From assembly GCA_016748015.1 (NCBI GenBank), contig JAAOMT010000227.1, positions 183,239 through 247,238 of the forward strand: a DNA stretch of 64,000 nucleotides. Direction: 5' to 3'. Shown here piece after piece: positions 51,201 to 64,000 of the stretch; position 1 is the first letter of the stretch; each line of letters begins with the position of its first letter. A program made the translations under genes and the position numbers. Below the pieces are notes generated by a model. That model saw only the letters and a program-made list of their open reading frames with translations, was not told the DNA's origin and ran no database searches. The stretch is from Geosiphon pyriformis uo1 (lineage: Eukaryota; Fungi; Glomeromycota).

Positions 51201-52395
51201 AAAAAAGAAATAAACCAAATAAAAAATCTTAGATTTATACAAAAAACCAAAAGTAAATAGGCATTTCCAGTTATAGTAGTATTTAAAAAAAATAAAACTT
51301 TATGTTTTTGTATTGATTACTAATAACTAAATGCCATTATTGAAAGAGACATGTACTTATTTTCCAAAATTGATGGAATGTTAAATCAATTCAATAGTGC
51401 TGCTTTCTTTTTAATTATTGATTTAATTATTGGATTTTGACAAGTAAAAATAGATCCAAAAAGTCGAAAAAAAACTGTCTTTATCACCAAGTATAACATT
51501 TATAAATTTACAGTTATGCTTTTTGGTCTTACCAATATTTGATGGACAAAATATTCAAATCAGTAAAAGAAAAATTTGTTTTAGTTTACTTGGACAATAT
51601 AATAGTATACTCAAAAACCTAAGATAAACATCTTAAACACTTGCAAAAAGTTTTTGATCTTTTTAAAAATACTAGTCTTAAGATTAATTCAATCAAGTCT
51701 TTTTTTAGATGACAATTTTCACAGTTTTTTAATTATCTTATTACAAAAAATAAAATCTTTTTTAATCCAGCCAAGATTAAAAAAGTTCAGAATATTAAGC
51801 AATTAATGAATGTTTATAAATTATACTTTTTTTTTGGTTTGGCCTTTTATTATTGCAAATTTGTTAAAGATTTCTCCAAAATTGCTTTTTTTTTTAATTA
51901 GCTATTTAAGAAAAATATCAATTATTACTAAGATATATATTAACAAAAAGCATTTAAAATTTTAAAGAAAAAATTAGTTACAAATCTTATTCTTATACTA
52001 CCTAATCTGGATCAATCTTTTATCTTTTATACTGATATATTCAGCTATAAATTTGGTGCTGTTCTTTTACAGAAAGATAAAAATAACAAGAAACATGTGA
52101 TAACATATGCCAGTAAAACACTTTTACTTGCAGAACAAACTATTTAATTATTAAACAGAAATGTTTAGCAGTAGTTTGGGCTACCAGTTACTAGGATAAA
52201 TATCTTTTTGGTGTAAAATTTTTAATAATAATAGATTATCAAGCTTTGGTTTGACTATACAACAAAAAAAAACTGGAACACAAAAAAATAACTTACTAAA
52301 TACTCCATTTAGATAAATTCAACTACAATATATAACATCATAAAAAAGCTAATTATTAAAACACTAATGTTTTTTTTAGACTTACCATTCAATAA
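48260..52395 (+). pseudogene. Gag-PR-RT-RNase H of element C (start approximate)
   Basis: Protease LILDSRLFVSVI, RT (FCIDY, MLFGLTN, VYLDNI), RNase H (LYTDIF); ends RLTIQ-TAA-TAG. Confidence 0.75.
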
Positions 52396-52460
52396 TAGTA
52401 CAAATTTTTCAGATTAAACCAACTTAATTATTAGTAATTTCTTCTTAAACAAACACAATA

Positions 52461-53755
52461 ATAGACTTGGACAACTATTTTATATTAATAGAATATTTGG
52501 GTAAAAAACAATACCTATTAGATTACACTTAACAGCAAAAAAGAAATTTGTGCAAACAATCAAATTTCTATTTGATTTGCCAAAACCAACTTTACAAAAA
52601 AAATAGAAAAGATTCTAATCACTTCCAAAAAGTCATCAGATTTGAAGAAAAAGAAATTGTAATTTATAATATATATACTAATCTATTAGCTAGACACTTT
52701 GAAAAAACAAAAACAATTCAGAAAATCTTAGCTTACTATAATTGGCCTACTTTGGAAAAAAGCATTGTTGAATATATTAAAATTTGTAATACCTACCAAA
52801 GAAGAAGAAAATCCAATTACAAAAAAAATATCTATTCAATTTTTGTTAGTTAATTATTTAACAGAATTGGTATAGATGTTGTTAAATCTTTAACAATAAT
52901 TCTTGATAATAACAGATATATTATTACAACTATTGACTATTTTACAAAGTGTGTAAAAACAAAAACTACTCCTAATTAAATAGCAGTTTCTATTGCCAAT
53001 TTCATTTATGAAGATATAATTTGTTATCATAACTGTTTTAAAAAATTTTTATCTGACAGAAAAAGAGCTTTTTTTAGTAAACTGGTTGAAAAACTTTGTA
53101 GAAAAATAAAAATACATTATAAACTCTCTTTCTCTTATCACTTTTAGACAAATGACTTAATAGAATGTTTTAATAAAACTTTATGTAAAATTTTAACCAA
53201 AACCACTAAAGAAACAAACTTATAAAACAAAGTACTGTCTTTAACTTTATTTGCTTATAGAACTGTGAATTATAACATAACAAATTATAAATCCTTTTAT
53301 TTATTCTATGAATGAATAACAACTTTACTAATAAAAACCAATATTAAGACAATATTTTTTAAAAAAATAACAATAAAAGATTACAAAGACATTTTGCAAA
53401 GAAGACTTGGTACTATTCTTAACTCCTTGATAAAAGTACAAATAATTGTCTTTGAAAAAATAAAACAGTTCCAAAAAAAGCTTAAGAAGAAAAAAATTTA
53501 TAAAATACTTTTCTTAAGTATTGGTAACTTAATTTTGAAATATTGCTTAAACAGAGATAATATCTATGGTAATAAATTTTCTAATTGGTAAAAAAAATCT
53601 TTTTTAATCAACAAAGTTTTGAAAAATAGTTCATATATTTTACAAGATCAATATAGAACAATCTTTAATAATTGCTTTGTTTATGATACATAATTCAAGA
53701 AATATTACAAATAACTTAATTTATTTGTTATAATAATATTGATCCAAATAATTAG
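52461..53755 (+). pseudogene. Integrase ORF of element C
   Basis: (ATG>ATA)DLDNYFILIEYL start, out of frame with RNase H; RIGIDVV, IDYFTK and LSDR motifs. Confidence 0.7.
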
Positions 53756-53775
53756 CAAAAATTAGATATAAATAA

Positions 53776-54429
53776 ATGCACTATTTTCAAAACAGAGGTA
53801 TTTTTAATTAACATGAACAACTGTTTTCTGGATTAAAACATTCAAAACACTTTCTATACTCTTCATAAGTATTGGATCAAAAATTATCCAAATACTATTT
53901 TGACTATTAGAAAACAAATCATCATAACTAATAACAATAAAATACATATTGTCATTAAACCAAAAAAAACCACTACCAGAAAGAAAAAAATTGATAATAA
54001 AATGGATAAGTATCTGTGAAAAAGTATAACAACAGTAATACTTACATCTTTTATCACAATTAAAAAAATAATTAAAAAAATTTTGCCTATAAACAAAAAC
54101 TTGTCATATAGAAAACAACTAAAATTCTATAACCATCTTGGTAAAATCATAGAAAATATAAAGTTTATAAAGAAAACAACTTTAGAAATACAAATAGAAA
54201 TTTTGAACATTATATAATTAGATATCTCAAGAATTTTATTTATTATAAAAAAAGCCAAAACTCTTATACAAAAATTTAGTCTTTTGAATACAAAGCTTAT
54301 TTTATTTCAAGTACTATATATTCTATTCACAAAAGACTTCAACAAACTAATTAATTTTGAGTTAGATAAAGTCTTTTAAATAGAATATTCTATAAATAAT
54401 TTAATTTTGTCAGAGTTCAATCTTTTTGA
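53776..54429 (+). pseudogene. ORF3 of element C (decayed)
   Basis: Lies between IN and the PPT; FYNHLGK and terminal NFVRVQSF* resemble ORF3 of A/B/D. Confidence 0.5.
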
Positions 54430-54438
54430 AAAAGATAA

Positions 54439-55087
54439 TATTATAGTTAAAACTTATAGTTTTTACTAGTAACAACATATATTAGCCACTAATATTATAT
54501 AATTAGCCATCTTATTTTTAGATAGTGATTATTAATCTAATTATTAACTACTTTAAATAGCTATATAAGTAATGAATCTTTTAGATATAAAAAAGCATAT
54601 AGCAATAAATGTAGCAATTAATCAAAAATAAATAAAATAACAACTATTATCTTAATTTTTTTTTATTGCTTATTTTTTTTTCTTACTTTTAAGTATCTGA
54701 ATATCTTGAGATAAAAAATTACTTGTTGGCATTTACCTACCTTTTTTCTGACTCATATAATTATAGCATTTAAAAATTATTGAATAAAATGTGACTAAAG
54801 AATACATCTAATATCTAATATTAAATTCTAAAAGTGTCAACATAAGGCATAAAACTATACTAGTGTGTTATTATTTGTTAACAATATAGACTATTTTTCT
54901 ACTTTTAGATTTTTCAATTATCTTTTAAAAAAAATAGCAACTAAGATATTTTATAAGACTAATTTTGTATATTAAATTTATACTTATTTAATTTATTTTT
55001 TAAAATTAAATCTCTTTAATTAATTCTATTATCTTACAATTTTGTTTTCTTTTGCTATTTGTTAACTTGTTATTTCAATTTATAATA
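54439..55087 (+). repeat. 3' LTR of element C
   Basis: Direct repeat of 47494-48144, followed by TSD CTAT. Confidence 0.9.
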
Positions 55088-56923
55088 CTATTATATACCA
55101 AGAAGTATTATCAACATACTATTAGAATTCATGTTATTATTGACATTAAAACTAATTGTTATAAGAGTTTTATTTTAAAACAATCAAGAAAAATCCAAAT
55201 TGCTAAAAACCTATAACAATTACTTTGAAAAATTTAAGTTATAATTAACAATACTATTAGAACTTTAATTATTATTATCTTAACCAAATTTCAGATTTAT
55301 TAATAATTAGATAAATATTAAATTAAAAAAAAAACAGCAATTAGAAAAATAATAAGCAAAACCTAATTTCAAATAAACCAAAAATCCAAACTTTAATTGT
55401 TTAAACTTAAAAAATCCAAACAATCCAAATTTTACTCTTATTGTTAACAACAATTTATTTTTAATTATTTAGATTAATCCTTTAGTTGTATTAATAGCCA
55501 CTTTTTAATAATCACAACAATAATTACTAATATTAAGGCTTATGTTCCAATTGTAAAACTAAACAAATTTACTAATAAAAAAGACAACATTCAAGTTTGG
55601 CCAAATAATATTATAAAAACTATTATAGCCAATAGCTGAAACAATACCAAAACACTTTAAGCTATTTTATACTTCTTTCAGAATACTGATAACTTGTAGT
55701 ATTAGAGCTTAATCAATAGGCCCCAAATCTTTAACACATTTAAACAAAATTTTTTGCAGTATTTTAATAATTATAACAACATTAATTGTCTATTAACTAA
55801 TTTTACTATTATTAAACAAGATAATATTAAAGCAGTTATCACATACTTGGAATGTTTTTATCAAAACTTATGTTAAATTCAGACTATTAATGCTAACTAT
55901 TTTACAGTATTACAAATTTTAAATTAGTTTATTTACAGACTATATAACAGCTTTTTATGACAAATATGCTTATTATATTCAAATACATTTTAAGACACAG
56001 TTATTTATGTCAAAAATTTTGAATTAGCCAAACTTAAAATTAACTATGCTTAAGCCATAAATCTAGTAATAAATAGATCATTTGAATTGAATATCAAATT
56101 AAAACAATTTGATAAAGCAATTAACCAAAAGATTGAGAAATACTTAGTTAACAACTTTGCAATTTATCAATCTCTACAACATTGTAATTAACAAGAAAAT
56201 TTTAATCAATTTCAGAATTAATTATGTCTTTTATTTTTATTAATCTTATTAACAAATCAATTATAGCAACAAAAAATGTAAATTTGCTACTATTGCCATA
56301 AACAAAAACATCTAAAAATAGACTGTCAAACCAAATTAAATAATCTATAATCAAAAAATTAATATAAAAATTTTGATTGCAGATTTCAAATCTTGAATTA
56401 TGTCAATAATCCATTTTTAAACTATTATTAGTATTAGCCTTATTACTTTTAAATAACACAGTCTATATATGTTTCTCTTATTTATTAAGCATTACAGTTA
56501 CAAATAATATATTAATTACTGTAGTTATAAATAGTTTACTAATCTTAACTAATTCAAATACTATCATAAAATTTAGCTTAAATACCAACTAAAAGCCAGA
56601 AACTGAGAATTATGCATATACAACAAAACTGAAAATTAACAATAATTATGTATTAACTAATTTCTAATACTTTAAACCAACTATTAGAATTATGCCAATA
56701 AAGTTAAAGAAATAAGTACACCCAAAACCTAAATTTTCAGAACTATTTAAGTCTTTTAACTACCCCAAAAAACAATTCATCTAATAACTTAGAAATTCAG
56801 AAACCACTTACTAACAATATTCTACTAGCCATTATTACAAAAAACCAATTACTTGTTGTTATTTTTTTTTGAATTTAAAGATTCAGTAAAAAGTTTATTA
56901 TTTAGTAGAATTATTCTTAATGC

Positions 56924-57887
56924 TATTACCAAAGGTTTTTGGTCTCTTTTCTTGAATGCTGTTAATGTTTGTTTGTTGCTAATTTCACATTTTCTGAAAG
57001 CAGTTAAACCTCCAATAACTAATTTATTTTCAAATTATCTTCTATAATTTGAACTGCTGGGCTTATAAATAAAATAACCAATTTTATGCCAGTTGTTTTG
57101 TGTAGTTATGTTGTAGTAAACGTCAACTTTTTCCCAAGAATTGCTTGTCTGAAAGCTCATTAAAATTGTGTAGTTACTTTACTGTGAAAGTCAACTCTTC
57201 TACAAAAATCTGGTCTGTAGGCTATCCTAATGATTATAATAAGAAAAATATAAAAAAATATAAAAAATATAAAATTTTATTAAGGGAAACGTTTTCTATT
57301 CAGGCTTGGAGTTACTAACAGATTACTGAAATTAGTAGTTAATCAATTTCAAAATGTTAGTTGTGTTGAGAAAATTTCAAGTGTAATAATTTAAAGGATT
57401 TGGTTTTCAATTATTTAATTTTTATTTGAAATATGTGAAAAGTAATTTGTTCTAATTAAAATATTTAAAGTAAGATACTATAGTAAGATATTATAAGAAG
57501 ATACATTTTTTTGAAGAGAAAAGTTCTTCTTTTATACAACTTGTTGTAGTACTAGTCTTTGAACTTGTACTTTTTTCTTTGCTATAATTTGGGTAAATTA
57601 AAGATACATTTCGGTAAATTACAAGTTATTTCACTGAACTATTAATTATTTCGGCCAATTTTCATTAATTTCGGCAAATTTTGACTATATTAAATGGTTT
57701 AGAGTATTGTATAATTTAATTATCTTAATTTTTATTGTACAAATCAAATTATTGATTAAGTAATAATATTTAATAATTTGATTAAATAATAAGTGATAAT
57801 CAAAATGATAATAATATATGCTAGTTAATAATAAGAATTATGAGAGTAATTTTATGCTAATTAATAACTAAAATTTTATTGGTAACA
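56924..57887 (-). repeat. 3' LTR of element D (964 bp)
   Basis: Starts TGTTACC right after the PPT; homologous to the solo LTR at 12978-13972. Confidence 0.88.
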
Positions 57888-57898
57888 TAATCTCCTCC

Positions 57899-58575
57899 TC
57901 AAGACTGAGCTCTATTGAAGTCCAAGTACTATTTATAATGTCAAAATAATGGTCCAATATAATTGAAGTAATTTGGTCTGAAAATTGTTGAAATTTCAGT
58001 TCTGTGAGCTTTCCAATGTATTGAATCTTCATTGGCTGAAGTATTAGATTTTGTAAGATATTTTCACAAGTATTGAATAAATTATAGAGTCTAAATGCTG
58101 CTCTAAGTTTGTAGCAAGTGTTTGTTGGTCCAGCTGCTGTCTTGAATTTATTGTGAATTTGTTTTTGAGTAACTTCAAAAATAATGTGTATTGCTTTAAG
58201 TTTCAGTTTTTGATCATAAAATGTTTTTCCAATATGAAAATATTTATAGATAAAGGTATGTTTATTGTTTTGTTCATTAAGAAATAATAGAAGTTTTTGT
58301 TAAATTGTGGCATTTGGTGAAATGTCAATAGGGGCAAATAAAAGGTTTTCTTTTAGTGCTTGCTTTAAAAGTTTTGGTAATTGAATTTCAGAATAACCTC
58401 TTGTTTTTTTTCTATAGGGGTAATAATTCTGAGAATTATTTACTATTGGGGCTGTGGTTTTTTTCTAAATATAATTAATTTGACTTTTATTAATCGTTAT
58501 GGATAAGTCAAGAAGTGTTTTTAAGGCTAACATTAATTTTTGGGATATTTGTTAAATATTTTAAGGAATAATCAT
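57899..58575 (-). pseudogene. ORF3 of element D
   Basis: MIIP...SITINK...YFHIGK...AFRLYNLF...IGKLTELKFQ...DFNRAQS*; aligns in outline with ORF3 of B. Confidence 0.7.
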
Positions 58576-58750
58576 GATAAAATAACTAATTAATAAGTAA
58601 ATTTAAAAAGAATAAAAAAAATTATTTTATAGAGTTTTTATTTGTTTTTGGATTTAAATGTTTTTTGTAATTATTTATTATTTTTGTTTTATGTTTTGTG
58701 TATTTAAAAGAGTTTTTTGTAAAAATATTAAATTAATTGTTCAAGTTTGG

Positions 58751-60115
58751 TTATTGTTCTATTATAACTATTGGTTCTAAATTTCGAAGAACATCTTTAG
58801 GATTAATTAAAAAGAAATATGTACTAATTTGTGGAATTAATAATTCAGAATTGTTTCTGAAATGATAGTGTTTCAATCTATTTTCATGTACAACTTTTGC
58901 CAATACTTTGTTATCAAGTCTTAACTTATATAATTCATTGTCTAGAATTTCGTGAATATAAAATAGTCCATCCCATTTATGTTCAAATTTTCTACTCTAT
59001 TGTTTTTTAGCCTTAGTTCTGTATAAGAGAACTTTATTTCCAATTTTAAATTTGTTAGTGACTAGTAGTTTGTTGTCATGTCTTTCTTTTTGTTGAGCTT
59101 GAAAGTGTTTAATATAAGTTACTGCTATCTGTCTTTTTTTTTTCAGTGTATTAAGAAAAGTATAGACTCTTTTTTAAAGTGTTTCTTGAAAATTTTTTTC
59201 ATTGATTGGTTGTACTAAGTATGTTTTTACTGTGAAGTTAATTGGTAGTATTACTGTCTTTCCATAAGTAAGATCAAATAGTGTGTGCTTTATAGTATCT
59301 TGTTTTAGTGTTTTATATACTAGTAACACTAATGAAATAAAGATATCTCATTTCTGCTCAAAATCTGTTGAGACTTTGGCTAAAAATTTACATAATGTTT
59401 TGTTGAAATGTTCTACAAGTCTATTTGTTTAAGGGTGATAAGGTAATAATAGAGGTCTTTTGACATTGAATCGTTCACAAATTTCTTGTATCAAGTTGTT
59501 TACAAAATGTGTTTCTTGATTAGATAAGAGTTTAATTGGGCATCTATGTCTACAAATAATGTTTTTATAGATGAAATTTACTACTGATTTTACATCTGTT
59601 TTTTGGATAGCTCTAGTTTTAAGCCATTTGGTAAGATAATCTACTGCAACTGCAATATAACAATTTCCTTGGGTTGTGATAGGTAATGGTCCAACTAAAT
59701 CAATTCCAACTCTGTTAAAAAGTTGTTCAACTTTGATTGGATTTAAAAGTTCTGTGGAGCATATTTTTTCTCTTCTTTGACAACTATCACAAGATTCTAC
59801 ATATTGTCGAATGTTTTTTTGCATGTGAGGCCAAAAATAATATTCAAGTATTCTTTAAATTGTTCTATCTCTTCCCAAATGTGCTGAAAAAAGATCTGTG
59901 TGCATGTTGTATAAGATTGTTTTTTTATTATTTTTTTGTATTAATCTGAGTGGTTGGTTTGGGTTTTTGCAATTTTTGTAATAAATTTTGTTGTGGTGTA
60001 TAAAATATTGTTTGAATTGTTTTTGTAATCGATGTTTTTCACTTGGAGACCAATTTTTTGGTATGATAAGAGTCTTCAAATAGTTTTTAAGATTGTTGTA
60101 ATTTCTGGGATCCAT
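58751..60115 (-). pseudogene. Integrase ORF of element D (own ATG)
   Basis: MDPRNYNNLKNYL start, out of frame with RNase H; CDSC, VGIDLVGP and GPY/F tail. Confidence 0.88.
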
Positions 60116-60171
60116 TGTTGTTTTGTTATTTGTTGGTAGGTTGGTAAGTTGTAGTAGATTTGTTGGTGTTA

Positions 60172-63100
60172 TTAATCTTGTCTTATTCTTGAGAGGCTAT
60201 TAACATTGGTGTGTAATTTTCTTGGTTTGTGGTATACAATATATTTGTAATCTGCTAGGAAATTATTCCATCAAGACTGTTTGGCACTTTGTTTAGTTTT
60301 CTTCTTATTAAGCCATTTGAGACCAATATTATCAGTTATGATGTTAAATTCTTTTCCATTCTTCAAATATTGTTGAAAATGTTTAAGAGCCCAAATGACT
60401 GTAGCAGCTTCTAATTCAGTTGAGCCATATTTGAGTTCTGTTGACTTGAGTGTTCTATTGGCATAGACAATGACTTGTTCCTGGCTATTTTCATCTAATT
60501 GTGATAGGATGGCACCAAATGCTATATGTGAAGCATCAATAGCTAGTTGAAATCGTTTGTTGAAATCTGAATAAGCAAGAACTGGGACTGTTGTTAATTT
60601 TGTTTTAAGGATTTTAAAAGCTTTTTGTTGTTCTTCAGTCTATTGGTATAACATATTTTTGTTAGTAAGATAGTTGAGTGGTTTGGCAATTTCTGAGAAT
60701 TCTTTTATGAATTTTTGATAATAGGAGGCTAATCTTACAAATTCTTATAGTTCTGTGGTATTTCTGGGTGTTTAAAAGTTTTTGACAGCATTAATTGTTC
60801 CAGGATTTGGTTTGATTCTATCTTTGCTAACAATGTGTCTAAGAAAAATTAAACTTGTTTTTCCAAAGTAACATTTCTTAATATTCAACTTTAATCTTGC
60901 TTTTTGTAATCATTGAAAAACTTTTCACAGGTGAATAAGATGAGCTTTAAAGTTTGGTGAATACACATTAGTGTCATCAAGATAAACAACTACTGATTGC
61001 CACAAAAGTCTTTCATATACAACATCTATGAGTTATTGAAATGTTGCTGGTGCATTGTAAAATTCAAAAGACATAACATTAAATTCATAGTTTTCTTCTT
61101 GAGTAGTAAATGCTGTTTTGGGTCTATCTTTTGGGTCTATTTCGACTTGCCAGTATTCACTTTCCAAGTCTAAAGTTGAAAAGAACTTGGCTTTTCCTAG
61201 AGCATCCAGCATGTCATTAATTCTTGAAAGAGGATAAGCATTTCCAATTGTCACACTGTTGAGCTGACAATAATCTACACAGAATTTGATTTTTCCATTT
61301 TTCTTTTTAACAAAAACTATTGGTGAGGCCCAAGGACTTCTTAATAGTTGAATCAATCTATTATTGAGCATTTTCTGCACTTTTTCTCTGATAAATTGGT
61401 GGCTAACAGATAGAATTTGATAGGCTTGTTGTTATTTTGGTGAAGCATCTCCTGTGTGGATTTGATGTTAAACAATATCAGTTTTTCCAAGGTCATTGTT
61501 GTCTTTTGCAAATATATCTGCAAATTCAGCTATCAGTTGTTTCAATTGTTTTTGTTGTTGGAATTCTAAAAGACCCATATTGATTTGAGAAAGTTTTTTT
61601 TCCAACAGGTAATAGTTTTCAGTAGTAGAGGTGATGTTTGAATTTGGGAGTAGAGTATGTCTTATAATTTCGATGAAATTAGAGACAATTTGAGAGTTTT
61701 CATCTTGGAAGATATTGCTGTGTATGATTTCAATCTCTAATTTATTCAATAAGACAATAGAATAATTATTGGGGTTGTAGAATATAACTCAAAATTTTTT
61801 CATTTTTTTGGGAATATAAATATTTGAGATTGAGATTTCATACTTTAAACAGATTTGTTTATTGGATTCAAAGATTTGTTGAATATTGGTGGGTTTTGAG
61901 CAAGTGTAAATTTCGTGATGTTCTTCAAAAAGTAAAATGATAATTGGTTGGGGAAGTTGAAGAATCTGGTAAGATTCATTTTGTGCATTGATAGCTATAT
62001 TTACTGGCACTGTAAATTATCTAGTTAAACCAAAACTTTGAGTTCTTCTTTCACTTTTTCCCAATTGTTCTCTGTTGTTTACTGATTGTAAACCCAAAAT
62101 GTTAATTAAGAGTAGGTAAATTGCTTGGGCAATCTTTTCAGCATATTCAATCCTGAATAGTTTGTTTGTTTTATTCTGTAATATAATGATAATGTCTTCA
62201 GTATATCTTGCATTTATAACTCCTCCTTTAACATTAATTTTTTTGCTTGCCAATGATGATCGAGAAGCAATTTGTACCATTGCTCTTGGTGGTATTTCCA
62301 AAACAATTTTGAGATTGATTTTGGTTAAGAATTTTGGTTGAAGAACCAAAGTATCTTTGCCAAGATATCTTAGGTCATATTCTGCATCAATTTTGTGAGC
62401 TTTTTTTGGTTTTATTTCTTTTCCATTGTTGTTAAAGTATTTGAGTTGTATAGCAAGCTAGTTTTCAGTAAGATAGATTGGTGTGGTTGCAATTTTTTCT
62501 TTTGTTTTTGGTTTTCCAAATTCAATTTCTTTCTGGTCATTTTCACTAAGTAAGGAGATGCTAAGAGCATAGCATTCTGAACACTATTTGTTATCACAAG
62601 ACATGATGTATTCTTCACACAATTGAATGTTCATTTGCTCTAATCATTGAATTTAAGCTTCTTGGGTTGGATATGTGTGGCTTGCAATTTGGTAGTATGT
62701 CTCTACCTTATCTTCATAGTTGAATCCAGCTAATTCTATTGTATATTTAATATATTCAGCTTCTTTCATTTGGTGGACATCTTCTTGGGTAGCTCTATTG
62801 ATTAATGTCATTGCTAAGTCAAAAATTATTTTTGCATCATGAAGATAGTGGTAGAGTTTGTTGAGAGCACTGTTGTATGCTGCATCAAAAGATGTTCCTT
62901 ATTTAACTTTTTTCGAAATTGATAGAGCATATTAACAGGTTTAGTCACATATTTTTTCTCTTATTGCAACATCAATCCAGTTGTATTCTTCTGGTAGCAT
63001 ATCTCCACATGTGAAGCAAGAAGTGTTATCCCATTTTCCACTTCTTTTTGGAGATCCAAATCATTTTTTATAGCATGCTTTGTAAAAGTAGCAGATGCAA

Positions 63101-64000
63101 GTTTCATATTTCTTTTCTGGAGAAATACATGCTCCCATTGATAAAAGTTTCTTGTTGCAATCTTTGTATTTGAATAGAATATAGGGTGGTTTTTTTTGTG
63201 GTTCTGGTGTGGAATACTGAACCTTCTTCTATCCTCTGATTTCTTCAAAAATTTTTTGTTCTGTTTCCTCAGCCCAATTGGATGTTGATCCAAGAGTCAT
63301 TTAGGGTTTCAGTAAGTGGCATTTCTTTTTTCTCCTCAAATTCGAATGCTGGGGCTTTTTCTGATCATTTGTTGAAAGTACTACAAGTAGCAAATACTAT
63401 GGTATATTGTCTTTAATATGAGATTTTCAATTCCTGGGTTTTCCAATCTAAATTTGCATTGGTCTTAAGAAGCCAATTATTTCCAACAAGTGCTTAGTAT
63501 TGTGGTATATCTATGACTAGAACTTTGACTGGAATGGTAATTCCATTAATAATGAATAGAAAATTGTCAATTTTTCTTACTGGTGTCTTTTTTATATCAT
63601 CTGCAGTGACAATTACAGTTTGGGCTGGTTTGTTAACAGTTTTTTGAAGCTGTTTTATTAATTGGTAGGTGATAATACTTCCAGCTAATCTACTGTCTAA
63701 AATTAACCAAATGGGTTTTCCTTTAACTTCAGCTTCAGTATACATTGCTGTAATTGCTTTTTGTTCATTAACTGTTGCATTGCTAAGCAAGAAAGATGAT
63801 TCATTGGCTTCAAATTCGAATGGAAAGATATTTGAAAGATTGGCATTTTGGGCAATTTGGGCTAATAAAATGGTGTTGTTGGAAGAGTTTGATTTTGGTG
63901 CTGCAATTTCACCTTTAGAAAGTGCAAGTTGTTGAAAATCCGATCCTTCAGGCATTGTAAGATAACTGGGTTGAGTGTGATAGTGATTGGGTCTTTGTTA
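60172..64000 (-). pseudogene. PR-Cys-rich-dUTPase-RT-RNase H polyprotein of D (partial)
   Basis: LILDSRLAGSII, KKLLSMGAC, ASRSSLA/GGVINARY/KIAQ (62017-62410), FCVDY, VYLDDT, AIDAS; ends SRIRQD-TAA-TAA. Confidence 0.9.

Larger units (their letters stand above)
47494..55087 (+). mobile_element. Ty3/Gypsy LTR retrotransposon C (complete, 7594 bp, no dUTPase, heavily decayed)
   Basis: LTR pair 47494-48144 and 54439-55087, TSD CTAT (47490-47493, 55088-55091); the E gag frame is restored on removal. Confidence 0.92.
46155..56923 (+). mobile_element. Gypsy element E (A/B-like, highly decayed): 5' LTR, PBS and gag; interrupted by C and then by D
   Basis: LTR about 46155-47020, PBS remnant TAGTGCTTTTTGTAAAA, gag homologous to A/B at 47085-47493 and 55092-56923, ending just before the protease. 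Confidence 0.8.
56924..64000 (-). mobile_element. Ty3/Gypsy LTR retrotransposon D (3' two-thirds; continues beyond the window)
   Basis: Minus-strand PR, Cys-rich domain, dUTPase, RT, RH, IN, ORF3, PPT GAGGAGGAGATTA and 3' LTR. Confidence 0.92.

Noticed and set aside
12978-57887. Inverted repeat pair of about 1 kb (12978-13972 vs 56924-57887) suggesting a giant TIR element of about 45 kb (Polinton/Starship-like)
   Set aside because: One copy is the PPT-preceded 3' LTR of D. The other is a solo LTR with its own 4-bp TSD inside LINE0. They are independent insertions.
2204-64000. Alternative genetic code (stop reassignment) to explain the frequent in-frame stops
   Set aside because: All three stop types occur, mostly at different positions in paralogous copies and alongside frameshifts, which fits mutational decay. 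The exceptions are the shared RH, IN and ORF3 terminal stops.

Overview
Eukaryotic, very AT-rich, CpG-depleted DNA that is almost entirely a nested pile of decayed transposable elements. It resembles a Glomeromycotina/Mucoromycota fungal genome (inference from composition, short GT-AG introns and TE types). No intact host gene, RNA gene or CRISPR array was found. Contents: five Ty3/Gypsy LTR retrotransposons (A 1288-12627, B 31635-41795 and C 47494-55087 complete with 4-bp TSDs; D 56924->64000 and E 46155-56923 partial), two solo LTRs and one partial LTR; three APE-RT-RNaseH LINEs (one full length with a 12-bp TSD and a TTTT/AA target); an ORF1-only LINE derivative; a Tc1 (DD34E) element inserted in the dUTPase of A; a long-spacer (DD138E) IS630/Tc1-type transposase; and, head-to-head with it, an intron-containing bromodomain-BAH (RSC/polybromo-like) pseudogene. 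The most notable result is a tricistronic layout shared by all four Gypsy copies with a visible 3' half (at least three families): Gag-PR-[Cys-rich]-[dUTPase]-RT-RNaseH STOP, then an integrase ORF with its own start, then a conserved non-env ORF3 abutting the PPT. All ORFs are broken by pervasive C>T/G>A transitions. Domain calls come from motif recognition by eye, not database searches.
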